A stretch of DNA of 64,000 bases from an uncultured Chloroflexia bacterium (GTDB lineage: Bacteria > Chloroflexota > Limnocylindria > QHBO01). The stretch covers positions 371,993 to 435,992 of the forward strand of contig CAVQTN010000004.1 in the NCBI GenBank assembly GCA_963716585.1, read 5' to 3'. Both the position numbers and the translations under genes were made by a program. The notes under the pieces were generated by a model. That model did no database searches and was not told where the DNA came from. It worked only from the letters and a program-made list of their open reading frames with translations. Position 1 is the stretch's first letter; each line of letters starts with the position of its first letter. Shown here piece by piece: positions 1 to 10,436 of the stretch.

Positions 1-1848
1 CCGGGCGCAGCGTGAAACGACGGGAGCGCCGAGATGACGCCCGGATCGTTCTCGAACAGGCCGATGTCGCCGGCGTTGCCCCGCGGACCAACCTGCTCGT
101 TCGTGTTCGGCGGCCGTGCCAGCCTCGCGAGCCGGCGGGCTGATCGACTTGGTCGCCTCGAAGGTCTGCCAGCCGTAGCCGGGGAAGTAGATCTCGGTCC
201 AGGCGTGGGCGTTGCGTTCGCGGTACTGGTAGATGCCCTGCGCCACGCGCTGCCCTGGCGCGAACCCGACCGCGATGCGCGATGGAAGTCCGACGCTGCG
301 CGCCATGACGGCCATCGCCGACGCGAAGAACTCGCAGTAGCCCTGCCGGCCGTTCGGATCGAACAGGAACTGGTCCACGAGGTCGCGGTTCGGGTCCGGC
401 GCGTCGACGCTCGTCGCGTAGCTGAAGTCGGGGCTGGTGCGGAGGTAGTCGGCCAGCGCATCGGCCATGTGGTACGGATCCGTCCGACCGGCGACGATCT
501 GCAGCGCGAGCGCGCGGGTGCGGTCGGTGACGCCGTCGGTCCCGAGATAGAACTGCCTGATCGCGGCCGGGTAGTCGGTGCCCGCCGCCGACAGCTGCGC
601 CTCGGTGGCATTCGAGATCGCGGCGGTCACCTGGTAGCCGTCGCCCTCGGCGATCGTGCTCGCCGACTCGAGACCGCCCAGCAACGGCGCCCCGCCCGAC
701 TCGTAGACCGAGACCGGCAACAGTGCGGTGGTCGGGAAGCCGGGCGTGAACAGGTTGCGGCCGATCTGGCCCTGGACCTGGACGCTGACCGTCTCGACGT
801 CGAACGCCTCCTCGACGGCCGGCCGCTCGGGAGTGGCCGCGGGGAAGATCGGGTCACCGGCCGACACCGGCCGGCTCGACCCCTCGGTCCGGTCCCAACC
901 GTGGCCGGTATAGCGGTCGTAGGTGATCGTCTCCATGTAGTAGCCGTGCTGCGAGCCGACGGTCATCACCGGGGAGTCGTTGCTGACCCAGGTTCCGGAG
1001 ACACGGAACTTGGAGCCGAAGGTGGTGCCGCTGAAGCGCGACTCCGGATTGGTCAGGTTGCCGAAGACGCCGTCGAGGTTGTCCTGAAGGCCGCTCCATA
1101 CGCCGTCGAGGCTGCGCCATGCCCCGGTCAGCGGCGCGGCGACCGCCACGGTGGTCAGCACCCAGGCGAGCGCAATGCTGCCAGCGATGAAGCCGATGCC
1201 GCTGCGCATGATCGAGATCGGCACCTCGGTGTTCTCGTTGACCCGCCGCAGCTGCCAGCCGTCCTCACGGCTGAGCAGCGCCCCGCGCAGCCATAGCAGG
1301 AGCGCCGCGAGCACGAACAGGACGAGGTAGAAGAAGAGGTCGGTGAACGTCGCACTCATGTTCACGATCAGCGCCGCCCCGACAAGGAGGATGGCGTCGA
1401 GGACCCGATGGTGGCGATACATCGTGTAGGCGGCCATGAAGGCGATCGACCACATCAGCACGGCAAGGCCGGCGGCATACGGCGACAGCTGGTTCGGGTA
1501 GGCCTGGTTGAGCAGGCTCCGCACGAAGCCGATGCTGTCGCGGTTGAGCCCCATCAACCGGCCGAGCTGGCCGAGCTCGGTGAAGTACTCGCCGCCGACC
1601 GTCCACAACACGACGCCCGCGCCCAGCAGCGCCCCGACCGGCAGCGTGACGGCGACACTCAACGGCAGCAGCGCAAGGACGGCACCGGCCAGCGCCGCGT
1701 AGAACGCGACCGGCATGAGGAACTCGAGCCGCTCCAGCCAGCCAGCCGCCTGCACCGACCAGGTGAGCGCCAGCAGCATGACCAGCAGGAGCGCCAGGCT
1801 CAGCCAGCCCTCGCGTGGATGCAGGAAGCGGCGCACCGACTCAGGCAC
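1..1848 (-). CDS. Membrane-anchored transglutaminase-like protein (TgpA/DUF3488 type), truncated at the left window edge
   Basis: Translated by hand from GTG 1848, which overlaps the DUF58 stop. Multi-TM N-terminus, then GYCEFFASAMAVMARSVGLPSRIAVGF and AHAWTEIYFPGYGWQTFEAT (Cys/His triad motifs). Absent from the ORF track because it runs off the edge. Confidence 0.9.
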   Translation of the reverse strand, partial: MPESVRRFLHPREGWLSLALLLVMLLALTWSVQAAGWLERLEFLMPVAFYAALAGAVLALLPLSVAVTLPVGALLGAGVVLWTVGGEYFTELGQLGRLMGLNRDSIGFVRSLLNQAYPNQLSPYAAGLAVLMWSIAFMAAYTMYRHHRVLDAILLVGAALIVNMSATFTDLFFYLVLFVLAALLLWLRGALLSREDGWQLRRVNENTEVPISIMRSGIGFIAGSIALAWVLTTVAVAAPLTGAWRSLDGVWSGLQDNLDGVFGNLTNPESRFSGTTFGSKFRVSGTWVSNDSPVMTVGSQHGYYMETITYDRYTGHGWDRTEGSSRPVSAGDPIFPAATPERPAVEEAFDVETVSVQVQGQIGRNLFTPGFPTTALLPVSVYESGGAPLLGGLESASTIAEGDGYQVTAAISNATEAQLSAAGTDYPAAIRQFYLGTDGVTDRTRALALQIVAGRTDPYHMADALADYLRTSPDFSYATSVDAPDPNRDLVDQFLFDPNGRQGYCEFFASAMAVMARSVGLPSRIAVGFAPGQRVAQGIYQYRERNAHAWTEIYFPGYGWQTFEATKSISPPAREAGTAAEHERAGWSAGQRRRHRPVRERSGRHLGAPVVSRCAR

Positions 1849-3073
1849 GCACGCGGCTCCTTGCGCCAAGGGCCTTGGCCAGGCCGTCGCCGGCACGGAC
1901 CAGGTGATGCTCGATGTCGTACTCGTTCAGCGCGTGGCGCACCGCGGCCAGCTCCGCGCGGCTCTCATCGTCATCGTCGCGATTGACGAACGAGGCGCGG
2001 TCGAGAAGGACCACCACCGTCCCCACCCCGCGCCGTCGCAGGCCGGCCAGGGCGCGGACCCAGTCACGCTGGGTCGAGCCGGTGACGATGCACAGCGTCA
2101 TCCCACGGCGCAGCTGCGGAAGCACGCCCAGGATGACCTCCGCGAGTGGCTGCGAGCCGTCCGGCTGGACGTTGGCCAGCAGATGCAGGATCTTCTGCTC
2201 GACGCGCGTGCCGCGGTCCGGCTGGAGCAGATGCAGCCGGCGCGCCGAGGCGGTCAGCCCCACGGCGCGGTTCTCGCTGAGCGTCTGCAACGCGATCGAG
2301 GCGGCCGCGGTGACCGCCGTCTCCACCGACGCGGCGTCGCCGACACCGGCGTGGCTGGCGCGGTCGAGGTCAAGCACCATCCACAGGTCGGCTGCCTGTT
2401 CCAGGTCGAACTCCTTCACCTGCAGCTCGCTGTGCCGCACGCTGGACAGCCAATGGATGCGGTTGATGGCGTCGCCCTGGACATACGGCCGGATGCTGCT
2501 GACCAGTGGGGAAGCAGTCTCGAAGCGCCGACGGGCCGGCCGGCTGCCGTCGACCGGCGACGGGGGCAGGCGCCAGTGCGGGAGTGCCTCGGTCTTGGGA
2601 AAGACGACGATCCCGGTCGGCTGGCCCACGATCATCTCGGAGGTGAACAGCCCGAACGGATCGCCGGTGCGGACTCGCAGCGGTCCCAGGCGGTAGCTGC
2701 CGCGGCGCATGAGGGTGACCTTGGCCAGCCACTGCCGGCTGCCGCGGCCGCGCACCCCGATGACCCGGCCCGGAAGCGTCGCAGGCAGGCTCGACTCGTT
2801 CCACAGCTCGACCCACGGCTTGCTCCAGCCGCTGCCGTTGTCGACGCGGTAGACAGCCTGCAGCACCTCGCCCACATGGGCGCGCGGGTTCATGACGTGG
2901 TAGCCGGCGCGCACCCCGCGCAGTCCGTTGCGCGCGAAGATCCATGATCCGAGCACCAGCGCGCCGAGCAGGTAGACCAGGAAGAACAGGAAGCTGATGC
3001 CGGTGCTGAAGGCGGCGACCACCAGCACCGTGCCGATGAAGATGAAGCGCAGCTGCCGCGCCAGGGCACCCAT
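1841..3073 (-). CDS. DUF58 domain protein (MoxR-associated)
   Basis: RRGSYRLGPLRVRTGDPFGLF, SIRPYVQGDAINRIHWLSS and VKEFD motifs; lies between MoxR and the transglutaminase. Confidence 0.9.
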   Translation of the reverse strand: MGALARQLRFIFIGTVLVVAAFSTGISFLFFLVYLLGALVLGSWIFARNGLRGVRAGYHVMNPRAHVGEVLQAVYRVDNGSGWSKPWVELWNESSLPATLPGRVIGVRGRGSRQWLAKVTLMRRGSYRLGPLRVRTGDPFGLFTSEMIVGQPTGIVVFPKTEALPHWRLPPSPVDGSRPARRRFETASPLVSSIRPYVQGDAINRIHWLSSVRHSELQVKEFDLEQAADLWMVLDLDRASHAGVGDAASVETAVTAAASIALQTLSENRAVGLTASARRLHLLQPDRGTRVEQKILHLLANVQPDGSQPLAEVILGVLPQLRRGMTLCIVTGSTQRDWVRALAGLRRRGVGTVVVLLDRASFVNRDDDDESRAELAAVRHALNEYDIEHHLVRAGDGLAKALGARSRVRA

Positions 3074-3088
3074 GGTGCGACTCCCGTG

Positions 3089-4051
<963 letters not shown>

Positions 4052-4128
4052 GCGTCATCCTTCGTTTCGGGAGGTCGAGGAGCTCGGTCCCCTCGCTCAA
4101 ACAATACCCCAGCAAGTTACGAACTGGT

Positions 4129-5670
4129 TCAGTCGCCCTCGAGCTTGAGCCACTGAGCCATGACCCGGCCGCCGATCGGCGCGGCCAGCCCCGCCCCGCT
4201 ACCGCCTCCCTCGACGAGCACGGCGACCGCGATTTGGGGCGTGGCCTCCGAACCGCCCGGAGCGAAGCCGATGAACCACGAGTGCGGCGCCTGTCCGGCG
4301 CCGCGCTGCGCGGTTCCGGTCTTGCCCGCGGTCATCACCCCACCGGCGCCGTACAGGCTCACGTCGCCCTGGCCGGCGTACAGCCTGCCGAGCTTGCCCT
4401 CGACCGCGTCGACCATCGCCGCACGCACCTCGCCGGCGGTCTGCGAGGAGACCACGCGCGAGCCGCCGCTGCTGCTGTAGCGCTCCAGGATGGTGCCACT
4501 CGGGCCGCTCTGCGGCTCCGCCGCGTGGGCTCGCGCATCACGCACGACGTACGGCTGCGGCATCACGCCATCGTTGCCGATCGCCGCCGCGATGAGCGCC
4601 ATCTGGACCGGCGTGGCCAGCACCTGCGCCTGCCCGAAGGCCGCGGATGCGAGCTCGACGCGATCGCTGAACGCGGCGCAGTCGCCGTCCTGCGCGTGGG
4701 TGACGTACGAAGGATCGACCGGCAGACCATGGCTGCCGCTGCCGATGCGTTGCGGGTCGCAGAAGCCGAAGCGCCGGGCGTACTCCAGGAACGACTCGGC
4801 CCCCAGCTCGAGGCCCACGTGCGCAAAGAAGATGTTGCTCGATACCTGCAGGGCCTCCGAGAGCGGCCACAACGCCGGCTTGACGGGCGACAGGTCGTGC
4901 TCGGTGATCTTGAAGCCGTCGACCACGAACCCATCGGTCTCCTGCCCGGGTTGGTCGGGGAAGGTGGTGTGAACGGTGATCGCCCCCGCGTCCAGCGCTG
5001 CGGCGGCGGTGAAGACCTTGAGTGTCGAGCCCGGCGGATACTTGCCCTGGCGCGCCCGATCGACCAGCGGGTTGTTCTTGCGCGCGACGATCTTCTCCAT
5101 GGCTGCCGCCGCGCTCGCGGGGTCGCCTGAAATCGGCGTCGCGTCGAACGTTGGGGTGGAGGCCATGGCCAGGATCGCGCCGCTGCGCGGGTCGATGGCC
5201 ACCACCGCACCCACATGGTCCCCGAGCTGCTCCGCGGCGAAGTCCTGCAGCCGCTGGTCGATGGTGAGCGTCAGGTCCTTCGGCTGTGGCTTGCGGGCCA
5301 GGATGTCGTTGACCAGGTCACGCAGCGGGTTCGGATCGGAGCGACCGGAGAGGATGTCATCCCACGCGCGTTCCAGCGCCGTCGTCCCGAATCGCAGGCT
5401 GGCATAACCGATGACATGGCTGAAAGCCGGATCCGCGTAGCTGCGCCGCGCCAGGCCGCCGATCAGCTCGGTCGATGCCAGCACCCGCCCCTGTGCGTCG
5501 AAGATCGTGCCGCGTAACGCGCTGCGCCGCGCCTCGACGACCTGCGGGTTGTCGGGACGGGCGGCGAGCGCCTGGGCGTCGACCACCTGCCAGTACGACA
5601 GGCCCCCGCTCACGATCGCGAAGCTGACCAGCAGGTAGACGCCCAGCCGCCGCACATTGGCGACGATCAT
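4129..5670 (-). CDS. pbpA: Class B penicillin-binding protein (PbpA-like transpeptidase)
   Basis: N-terminal TM anchor; SxxK (GSTLK), SxN (SSN) and KTG (AGKTGTAQ) motifs; adjacent to a SEDS gene. Confidence 0.9.
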   Translation of the reverse strand: MIVANVRRLGVYLLVSFAIVSGGLSYWQVVDAQALAARPDNPQVVEARRSALRGTIFDAQGRVLASTELIGGLARRSYADPAFSHVIGYASLRFGTTALERAWDDILSGRSDPNPLRDLVNDILARKPQPKDLTLTIDQRLQDFAAEQLGDHVGAVVAIDPRSGAILAMASTPTFDATPISGDPASAAAAMEKIVARKNNPLVDRARQGKYPPGSTLKVFTAAAALDAGAITVHTTFPDQPGQETDGFVVDGFKITEHDLSPVKPALWPLSEALQVSSNIFFAHVGLELGAESFLEYARRFGFCDPQRIGSGSHGLPVDPSYVTHAQDGDCAAFSDRVELASAAFGQAQVLATPVQMALIAAAIGNDGVMPQPYVVRDARAHAAEPQSGPSGTILERYSSSGGSRVVSSQTAGEVRAAMVDAVEGKLGRLYAGQGDVSLYGAGGVMTAGKTGTAQRGAGQAPHSWFIGFAPGGSEATPQIAVAVLVEGGGSGAGLAAPIGGRVMAQWLKLEGD

Positions 5671-6965
5671 GGCGGCTCGCTCCCGCCCGCTCGCGCCGAG
5701 CGATGGCTGATCGACAGCAGCAGTCCGATCACCAGGAAGCTCGCCAGCAGGCTGGATCCGCCATAGCTGACAAACGGGAACGTCACGCCGGTCAGGGGAA
5801 TCAGCTTGGCGTTGCCTGCGACGATGATCAGGGTCTGCAGCCCCAGGCTGGTGGTCAGGCCCACCGCCAACATGGCGCTGAAGTCGTCGTGGGCCAGCAT
5901 CGCGATGCGCAGGCCGCGGAACACGACCAGCAGCGCGAGCAGCAGCAGCGCAAAGGCGCCGACCAGGCCCAGCTCCTCCGCCGCCGCCGCAAAGATGAAG
6001 TCGGTCTGGATCGCGGGGAAGGACCCACCGACGGCGGGAAGCAGCCCCTGTCCGAGGCCCTCACCGAAGAGGCCTCCGCGGCCGAAGGCGTAGATCGCAT
6101 GGACCGTCTGGTAACCGGCGCCCGAGGGGTCGGCGAAAGGGTTGAGCCAGACGTCGACGCGCAACCGGACGTGGCCGAACAGCTCGTAGGCAACAAACGA
6201 GCCCGCCACGAACATGACCAGGCCCATGAGCACGTAGCTGCGCCGTCCGGTCGCCACGAAGAGCATGGTCAGGAAGATGCCGAAGAAGAGCAGTGCCGTG
6301 CCGAGATCTTTGCTGATGACGACGATCAGCATGACGATGACGAAGATGGCGAGCATCGGCAGCAGGTAGGGCAGAGGCGGGATCGAGATCGGACCGATGC
6401 GGATGCTTGCGCCGATCAGCAGGGCGCGGTTCTCCGCCAGGTAGCCGGCGATGAACACGACGAGCACGATCTTGATGAACTCGCCGGGCTGGAACTGCAC
6501 CGGGCCGAGGTCGATCCACAGCCGCGCTCCGTAGACCTCCTTTCCAAAGACGAAGGTGATCGCCAGCAGCGCTGCACCCGCCGCGGCCCAGGTGTACTTG
6601 TAATGGCGCAGCAGGCCGTCGTCACGAAAGCCGATGGCGACCAGCAGCATGGCCGCCACGCCGACGCCGAACCACAGCAGCTGGGTGGCTGCCATTCCCA
6701 GGTCGATGCCGAGGGCGCTCGTGCCGGCCAGGTCCTGCGGCAGCCGATTGAGCATGATCATGCCGATGCCGCCGATCGTGCCCACCAGCGGCAGCAGCAG
6801 CTGGTCGCCGCCATGGCGGGAAAGAGTCAGCACCAGGTGCGCGGTGAGCATGATCGCGACGTAGCCGGCGGCCAGGCCGAGGGGGCCTGGATCGAGCTTC
6901 TGCACCTCCGCCGCGTGGGTCAGCGCGAAGCCAAGGGGCACGAGGAGCAGCAGCGGCAGCAGCAT
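5667..6965 (-). CDS. rodA: FtsW/RodA/SpoVE (SEDS) peptidoglycan polymerase; the true start may be upstream (CTG 7010)
   Basis: GARLWIDLGPVQFQPGEFIK, DLGTALL, QTDFIFAAAAEELG and FPFVSYGGSS motifs; about 10 TM segments. Confidence 0.92.
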   Translation of the reverse strand: MLLPLLLLVPLGFALTHAAEVQKLDPGPLGLAAGYVAIMLTAHLVLTLSRHGGDQLLLPLVGTIGGIGMIMLNRLPQDLAGTSALGIDLGMAATQLLWFGVGVAAMLLVAIGFRDDGLLRHYKYTWAAAGAALLAITFVFGKEVYGARLWIDLGPVQFQPGEFIKIVLVVFIAGYLAENRALLIGASIRIGPISIPPLPYLLPMLAIFVIVMLIVVISKDLGTALLFFGIFLTMLFVATGRRSYVLMGLVMFVAGSFVAYELFGHVRLRVDVWLNPFADPSGAGYQTVHAIYAFGRGGLFGEGLGQGLLPAVGGSFPAIQTDFIFAAAAEELGLVGAFALLLLALLVVFRGLRIAMLAHDDFSAMLAVGLTTSLGLQTLIIVAGNAKLIPLTGVTFPFVSYGGSSLLASFLVIGLLLSISHRSARAGGSEPP

Positions 6966-7013
6966 CCGCAGCTCTGCCGTCCGCCAGGTGAGGCGCCTTG
7001 GTCCGGCCAGGCC

Positions 7014-7457
7014 TCAGCGCTCCAGGCGCATGCGCACGCGCCCGATCGTCAGCTCATCGCCATAGGAGAGGGCGACGGGACGCTCGATCCGATGCCCGTT
7101 GACGTACGTGCCGTTGGTGCTGCCCTGGTCCTCGATGAACCACGATCGGCCGCGGAAGGTCAGCATGGCGTGGTTCGCGCTGGCGAAGTCGTCTTCGACG
7201 TAGATCGTGTTGTTCACGTTGCGGCCGATGGAGTTGATCGGCCCTAGCGAGATGGGCCGCCCGGCGGGCGGCTCGTCGTCCGGCGACTCGAGCACGGCCA
7301 GCCGCCCGATCCCGGTCCGGGATGCGCGCTGCGCCTGCTCGGCGCTGCGCAGGTCACGCAGGAGCGAGCGGCCGAAGCCCCACAGGACGAGGTAGAGCAG
7401 GCCCAGGAATCCGAGCTGCAGGACCAGCAGCACGATGCGAAGGAGGTCTCCGGTCAC
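7014..7457 (-). CDS. FhaB-like FHA domain protein with N-terminal TM
   Basis: IGRNVNNTIYVEDDFASANHA and DQGSTNGTYVNG FHA motifs; GTG overlaps the upstream stop. Confidence 0.9.
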   Translation of the reverse strand: MTGDLLRIVLLVLQLGFLGLLYLVLWGFGRSLLRDLRSAEQAQRASRTGIGRLAVLESPDDEPPAGRPISLGPINSIGRNVNNTIYVEDDFASANHAMLTFRGRSWFIEDQGSTNGTYVNGHRIERPVALSYGDELTIGRVRMRLER

Positions 7458-8212
7458 CCGCGCACCTGGAACTCGATCTCGGTGTCGCCGATCTGGATCC
7501 GATCTCCGGGGCCCAGCGCGACCTCGCTGACGGGCTGCCCGTTCACATACGAGCCGTTGCGGCTCCCCAGGTCGGCGAAGCTGTACGCGCCGTGCTGCAG
7601 CTTGAGCTGGCAGTGGTGGCGGCTGACCAGCGGATCATCGACGATCACGTCGTTGTCGCTCGCGCGGCCCACGCTGATCAGCGCCCCGCCCAGGTCGAAC
7701 TGGACCGGCGGGCTGCTGTCGGTGCGCACCAGGAGGTAGGCGCGGGTCGCCGACTCGGGCGTCTCCGGCGCGCGCCCCGGCCGGCTGAAGACCATGGTGT
7801 CGGACCCGGATGCCATCGGTCGATCCGGCTGCGGACGGCCGCCCTCTTCGTCGACAACGTTGGCGGCAACGCGAACGTCGCCCCGTGGAATCGACGGGTC
7901 GGCGGTGATGCGCACGCGAGGGCGAGCCACGAGGGAGTAGCGCTCACGTCGGGCACGAGCCAGCAGGTCGTGCGCCAGGTCGTCCTCCAGGGAGCTGCGA
8001 TACGAGGCGAAGGTGGCGAAGTCGGTGGGGTTGAGATGGAGGTCGTAGTGGTTCGGCACCACGATCCCGTCGTTGCGGAACGACTTGTTGGTGTCCATGG
8101 CACGCTCGATGCGCTTCCCGAGACTGACCGGCTGCAGCCGTGCGCCGAGGCGCCCCGCAGGAGCCTCGAAGAGCCGTTCGAGGAAGGCCTCGACTCTCGA
8201 GAGGATGCCCAT
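7454..8212 (-). CDS. FhaA-like protein (DUF3662 plus C-terminal FHA)
   Basis: MGILSRVEAFLERLFE...LQPVSLGKRIERAMD (DUF3662-like) and VGRASDNDVIVDDPLVSRHH...DLGSRNGSYVNG (FHA). Start reset to ATG 8212, with an extended -10 (TGcTAGGAT) 7 nt upstream. Confidence 0.9.
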   Translation of the reverse strand: MGILSRVEAFLERLFEAPAGRLGARLQPVSLGKRIERAMDTNKSFRNDGIVVPNHYDLHLNPTDFATFASYRSSLEDDLAHDLLARARRERYSLVARPRVRITADPSIPRGDVRVAANVVDEEGGRPQPDRPMASGSDTMVFSRPGRAPETPESATRAYLLVRTDSSPPVQFDLGGALISVGRASDNDVIVDDPLVSRHHCQLKLQHGAYSFADLGSRNGSYVNGQPVSEVALGPGDRIQIGDTEIEFQVRG

Positions 8213-8388
8213 GTTGCCGATCCTAGCATGGGCGCTCAGCCGGCCCCGACGCGGCCGGCTGATGCACCAACGGGGTACGAACGCCGCCGCGCGAGGTACC
8301 AATGCGCCGATAGGGTCGCGGGGCCGCGCGTCGGTATACTTTGCGACCCTGAACCGTGTCCTCAAGCGAGGGATCTGCAGCCACGTCA

Positions 8389-9900
8389 ATGCCCGAATCG
8401 CTGACCGAGTCTTTCTGCGAGCGCTGCGGGACGCGCTACGAGTTCGGCGCGCCCGGGACGCTCAATCCGCTGCGCAAGACGCGCGGGCTGGTCACCGGGC
8501 TGCGCAATTACATCATGGGCGAGGACGCCCTCTCCGATGCGCTCGGCGACGCCATGCGTTCCGAGCAGGATTCCCTCGGCGCTCGGCAGCTCGACGCCTT
8601 CCACGCCTCGTTCAACTTCTGCATCGAATGCCGCCAGTACACCTGCCTCAACTGCTGGAATGACGCCGTGGGGCGGTGTCGCACATGCGCGCCCATCGCG
8701 GGCACCGACGACCTGATCGAGCGGATAGCGGCGTCGTTCCAGTCGGGCAATCCCGACGCGGCGGGCGGCGGAGCCGCAACCCTCCAGGCATCGGCCACGC
8801 CGCAGGATCTCGCCGCGTGGCCGACCAGCGACCTCGAGGTCGCGACCAACGGAACACCCGACCTCGACTGGCCAGTCGCGGAGATGGCATCGTTCGGCGA
8901 GCCGATCGTCGAGCCACCGTCGGAGCCAGAGCCGTTCGCGCCCGCCGACGACGAGCCTCCGTTCGTGGACGAGCCCTCGGCGGCGTCGCCACACACCACC
9001 GAGCCGGAGCCGGTGTTCGCATGGGACGCCCCTGCTGCGTCGGAGCCACCGCCGGCCTTCACGCCGGCGCCCGCGGTGGACCCGGAGCCGATGCTTTCGT
9101 GGGAGACCGCACCGGTGGCGGGATCATCGCTGGGGTGGCAGGACGACATTCGCCTCGAGCTCCTGCCCGAGCCGGTCGCCGAGGTCGAATACGAGCTCGA
9201 GCCGGAACCGGAGCTCGAGCCGGAACCGGAGCTCGAGCCGCAAACGGAGCTCGAGCCGGAAACGGTCGGCGCGGCTCCCGTTCCTCCATTTGCCGCCCTC
9301 CCGGCGTCGGAGCCGGTCGTCGCGTCGGTTGCCGAGCCCGAGCCGGTGGCTCAGGTCGAGCCGGTGGTCGAGCCGGAGCCGGCCCTCGAGCCCGAACCGG
9401 TGGCGGCGGTCGAGCTCGTGATCGAGCCGGCCGTTGAGCCCGAACCGGTGGCTGCGGTCGAGCGCGTGATCGAGCCGGAGCCGGCCAGTCCCCAGCCACC
9501 GGTGGCCCCGCGCTCGATCACCTCGATCGGCGACACGATCCTGCAGCTGCCCCGGCGCCAGCCCATCGATGAGAACCGTGTGGCGGCCACGTCGACCGAC
9601 GCCGCCGTCGCGGCGCGTCGCGCACAGCTCGACGGCCTCGGCCTGGGCGACCCCGGCGAGGGCCCGCTGCCGGCGTCTCGTCCCAACGTTGTGCCATATC
9701 GGTCCAGTGGAGCGAGCGGCCGCAGCAGTGCGGCAAAGGCGTCGCAGGTCGCGGGCTCCTTCTGGGACGCATCGGCCAGGGAAGTCGCAGGTGGCCTCGG
9801 ACAGGTCGCGGTGCAGAGCTGCGGCCACTGCGGCCTGTCACTCTCCGCAAGCGCCAGGTTCTGCCGCCGCTGCGGGACCCGGCAGGCCCGGTCGGCCTAG
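8389..9900 (+). CDS. Multi-zinc-ribbon protein with a long acidic Pro/Glu-rich linker
   Basis: CERCG, CIECRQYTCLNCWNDAVGRCRTC and C-terminal CGHCG...FCRRCG clusters; central EPE repeats. Confidence 0.8.
   Translation: MPESLTESFCERCGTRYEFGAPGTLNPLRKTRGLVTGLRNYIMGEDALSDALGDAMRSEQDSLGARQLDAFHASFNFCIECRQYTCLNCWNDAVGRCRTCAPIAGTDDLIERIAASFQSGNPDAAGGGAATLQASATPQDLAAWPTSDLEVATNGTPDLDWPVAEMASFGEPIVEPPSEPEPFAPADDEPPFVDEPSAASPHTTEPEPVFAWDAPAASEPPPAFTPAPAVDPEPMLSWETAPVAGSSLGWQDDIRLELLPEPVAEVEYELEPEPELEPEPELEPQTELEPETVGAAPVPPFAALPASEPVVASVAEPEPVAQVEPVVEPEPALEPEPVAAVELVIEPAVEPEPVAAVERVIEPEPASPQPPVAPRSITSIGDTILQLPRRQPIDENRVAATSTDAAVAARRAQLDGLGLGDPGEGPLPASRPNVVPYRSSGASGRSSAAKASQVAGSFWDASAREVAGGLGQVAVQSCGHCGLSLSASARFCRRCGTRQARSA
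9193..9264 (+). repeat. Four 18-nt in-frame tandem repeats (ELEPEP-type)
   Basis: gagctcgagccggaaccg twice, then gagctcgagccgcaaacg and gagctcgagccggaaacg. Confidence 0.9.
9388..9478 (+). repeat. About two 48-nt in-frame tandem repeats (EPEPVAAVE.VIEP)
   Basis: gagcccgaaccggtggc.gcggtcgagc.cgtgatcgagccgg at 9388 and 9436. Confidence 0.85.
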
Positions 9901-10313
9901 CCCTCCTTCGCGCCGCTCGACTTCGCGGTGCTGGGCCTCGAGCCTGGATCCTTCGAACCGGTCGTCGCCGAACCGCTCGCGTCGGAGCCCTTCTGCGTGG
10001 TCGTCGGCGCGGCTCCGGCATCGGCTGTGCCCGATCCAGCCTTCCCTGCGCCCTCGGGCACAGTTGTGCTCGATGCGCCGGGGATACCGTCGGGCGCTGC
10101 GCCGGACTTGCCATCGCTTCGGTTGGCCGATGAGCCGCTGCGCGAATCGGTCTTGTAGAAGCCCGATCCCTTGAAGATGATCCCAGCCGGAAAGAGGACC
10201 CGGCGAAGCGGGCCGCCGCACCGCTCGCAGGCGGTTGGGCCGTTCTCGGACATGGGGTGAATAACTTCGACGGTGTGGCCGCACAGTCGGCATTGGTAGT
10301 CGTAGGTCGGCAT
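9897..10313 (-). CDS. FmdB family zinc-ribbon protein
   Basis: MPTYDYQCRLCGH...CERCGGPLRRV...GIIFKGSGFYKTD, followed by a low-complexity tail. Confidence 0.9.
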   Translation of the reverse strand: MPTYDYQCRLCGHTVEVIHPMSENGPTACERCGGPLRRVLFPAGIIFKGSGFYKTDSRSGSSANRSDGKSGAAPDGIPGASSTTVPEGAGKAGSGTADAGAAPTTTQKGSDASGSATTGSKDPGSRPSTAKSSGAKEG

Positions 10314-10436
10314 GGGGCTCGTGATCAGCAGAACGGGCCGCAGAGCAGGCCCGGTCTCGCATGATGCCAGTCGCGGCCCTCCCGCGCAACGCGAAGGCGC
10401 AGGTCCCCCGCGGTCATTCGAGCGCAGGTGGTCGGA

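Noticed and set aside
7008-7016. Selenocysteine recoding of the fhaB TGA
   Set aside because: No recognisable bacterial SECIS downstream, and the position is not a redox Cys site.
9193-9478. Direct repeats as a CRISPR array
   Set aside because: In-frame coding repeats with no unique spacers; no cas genes in the window.
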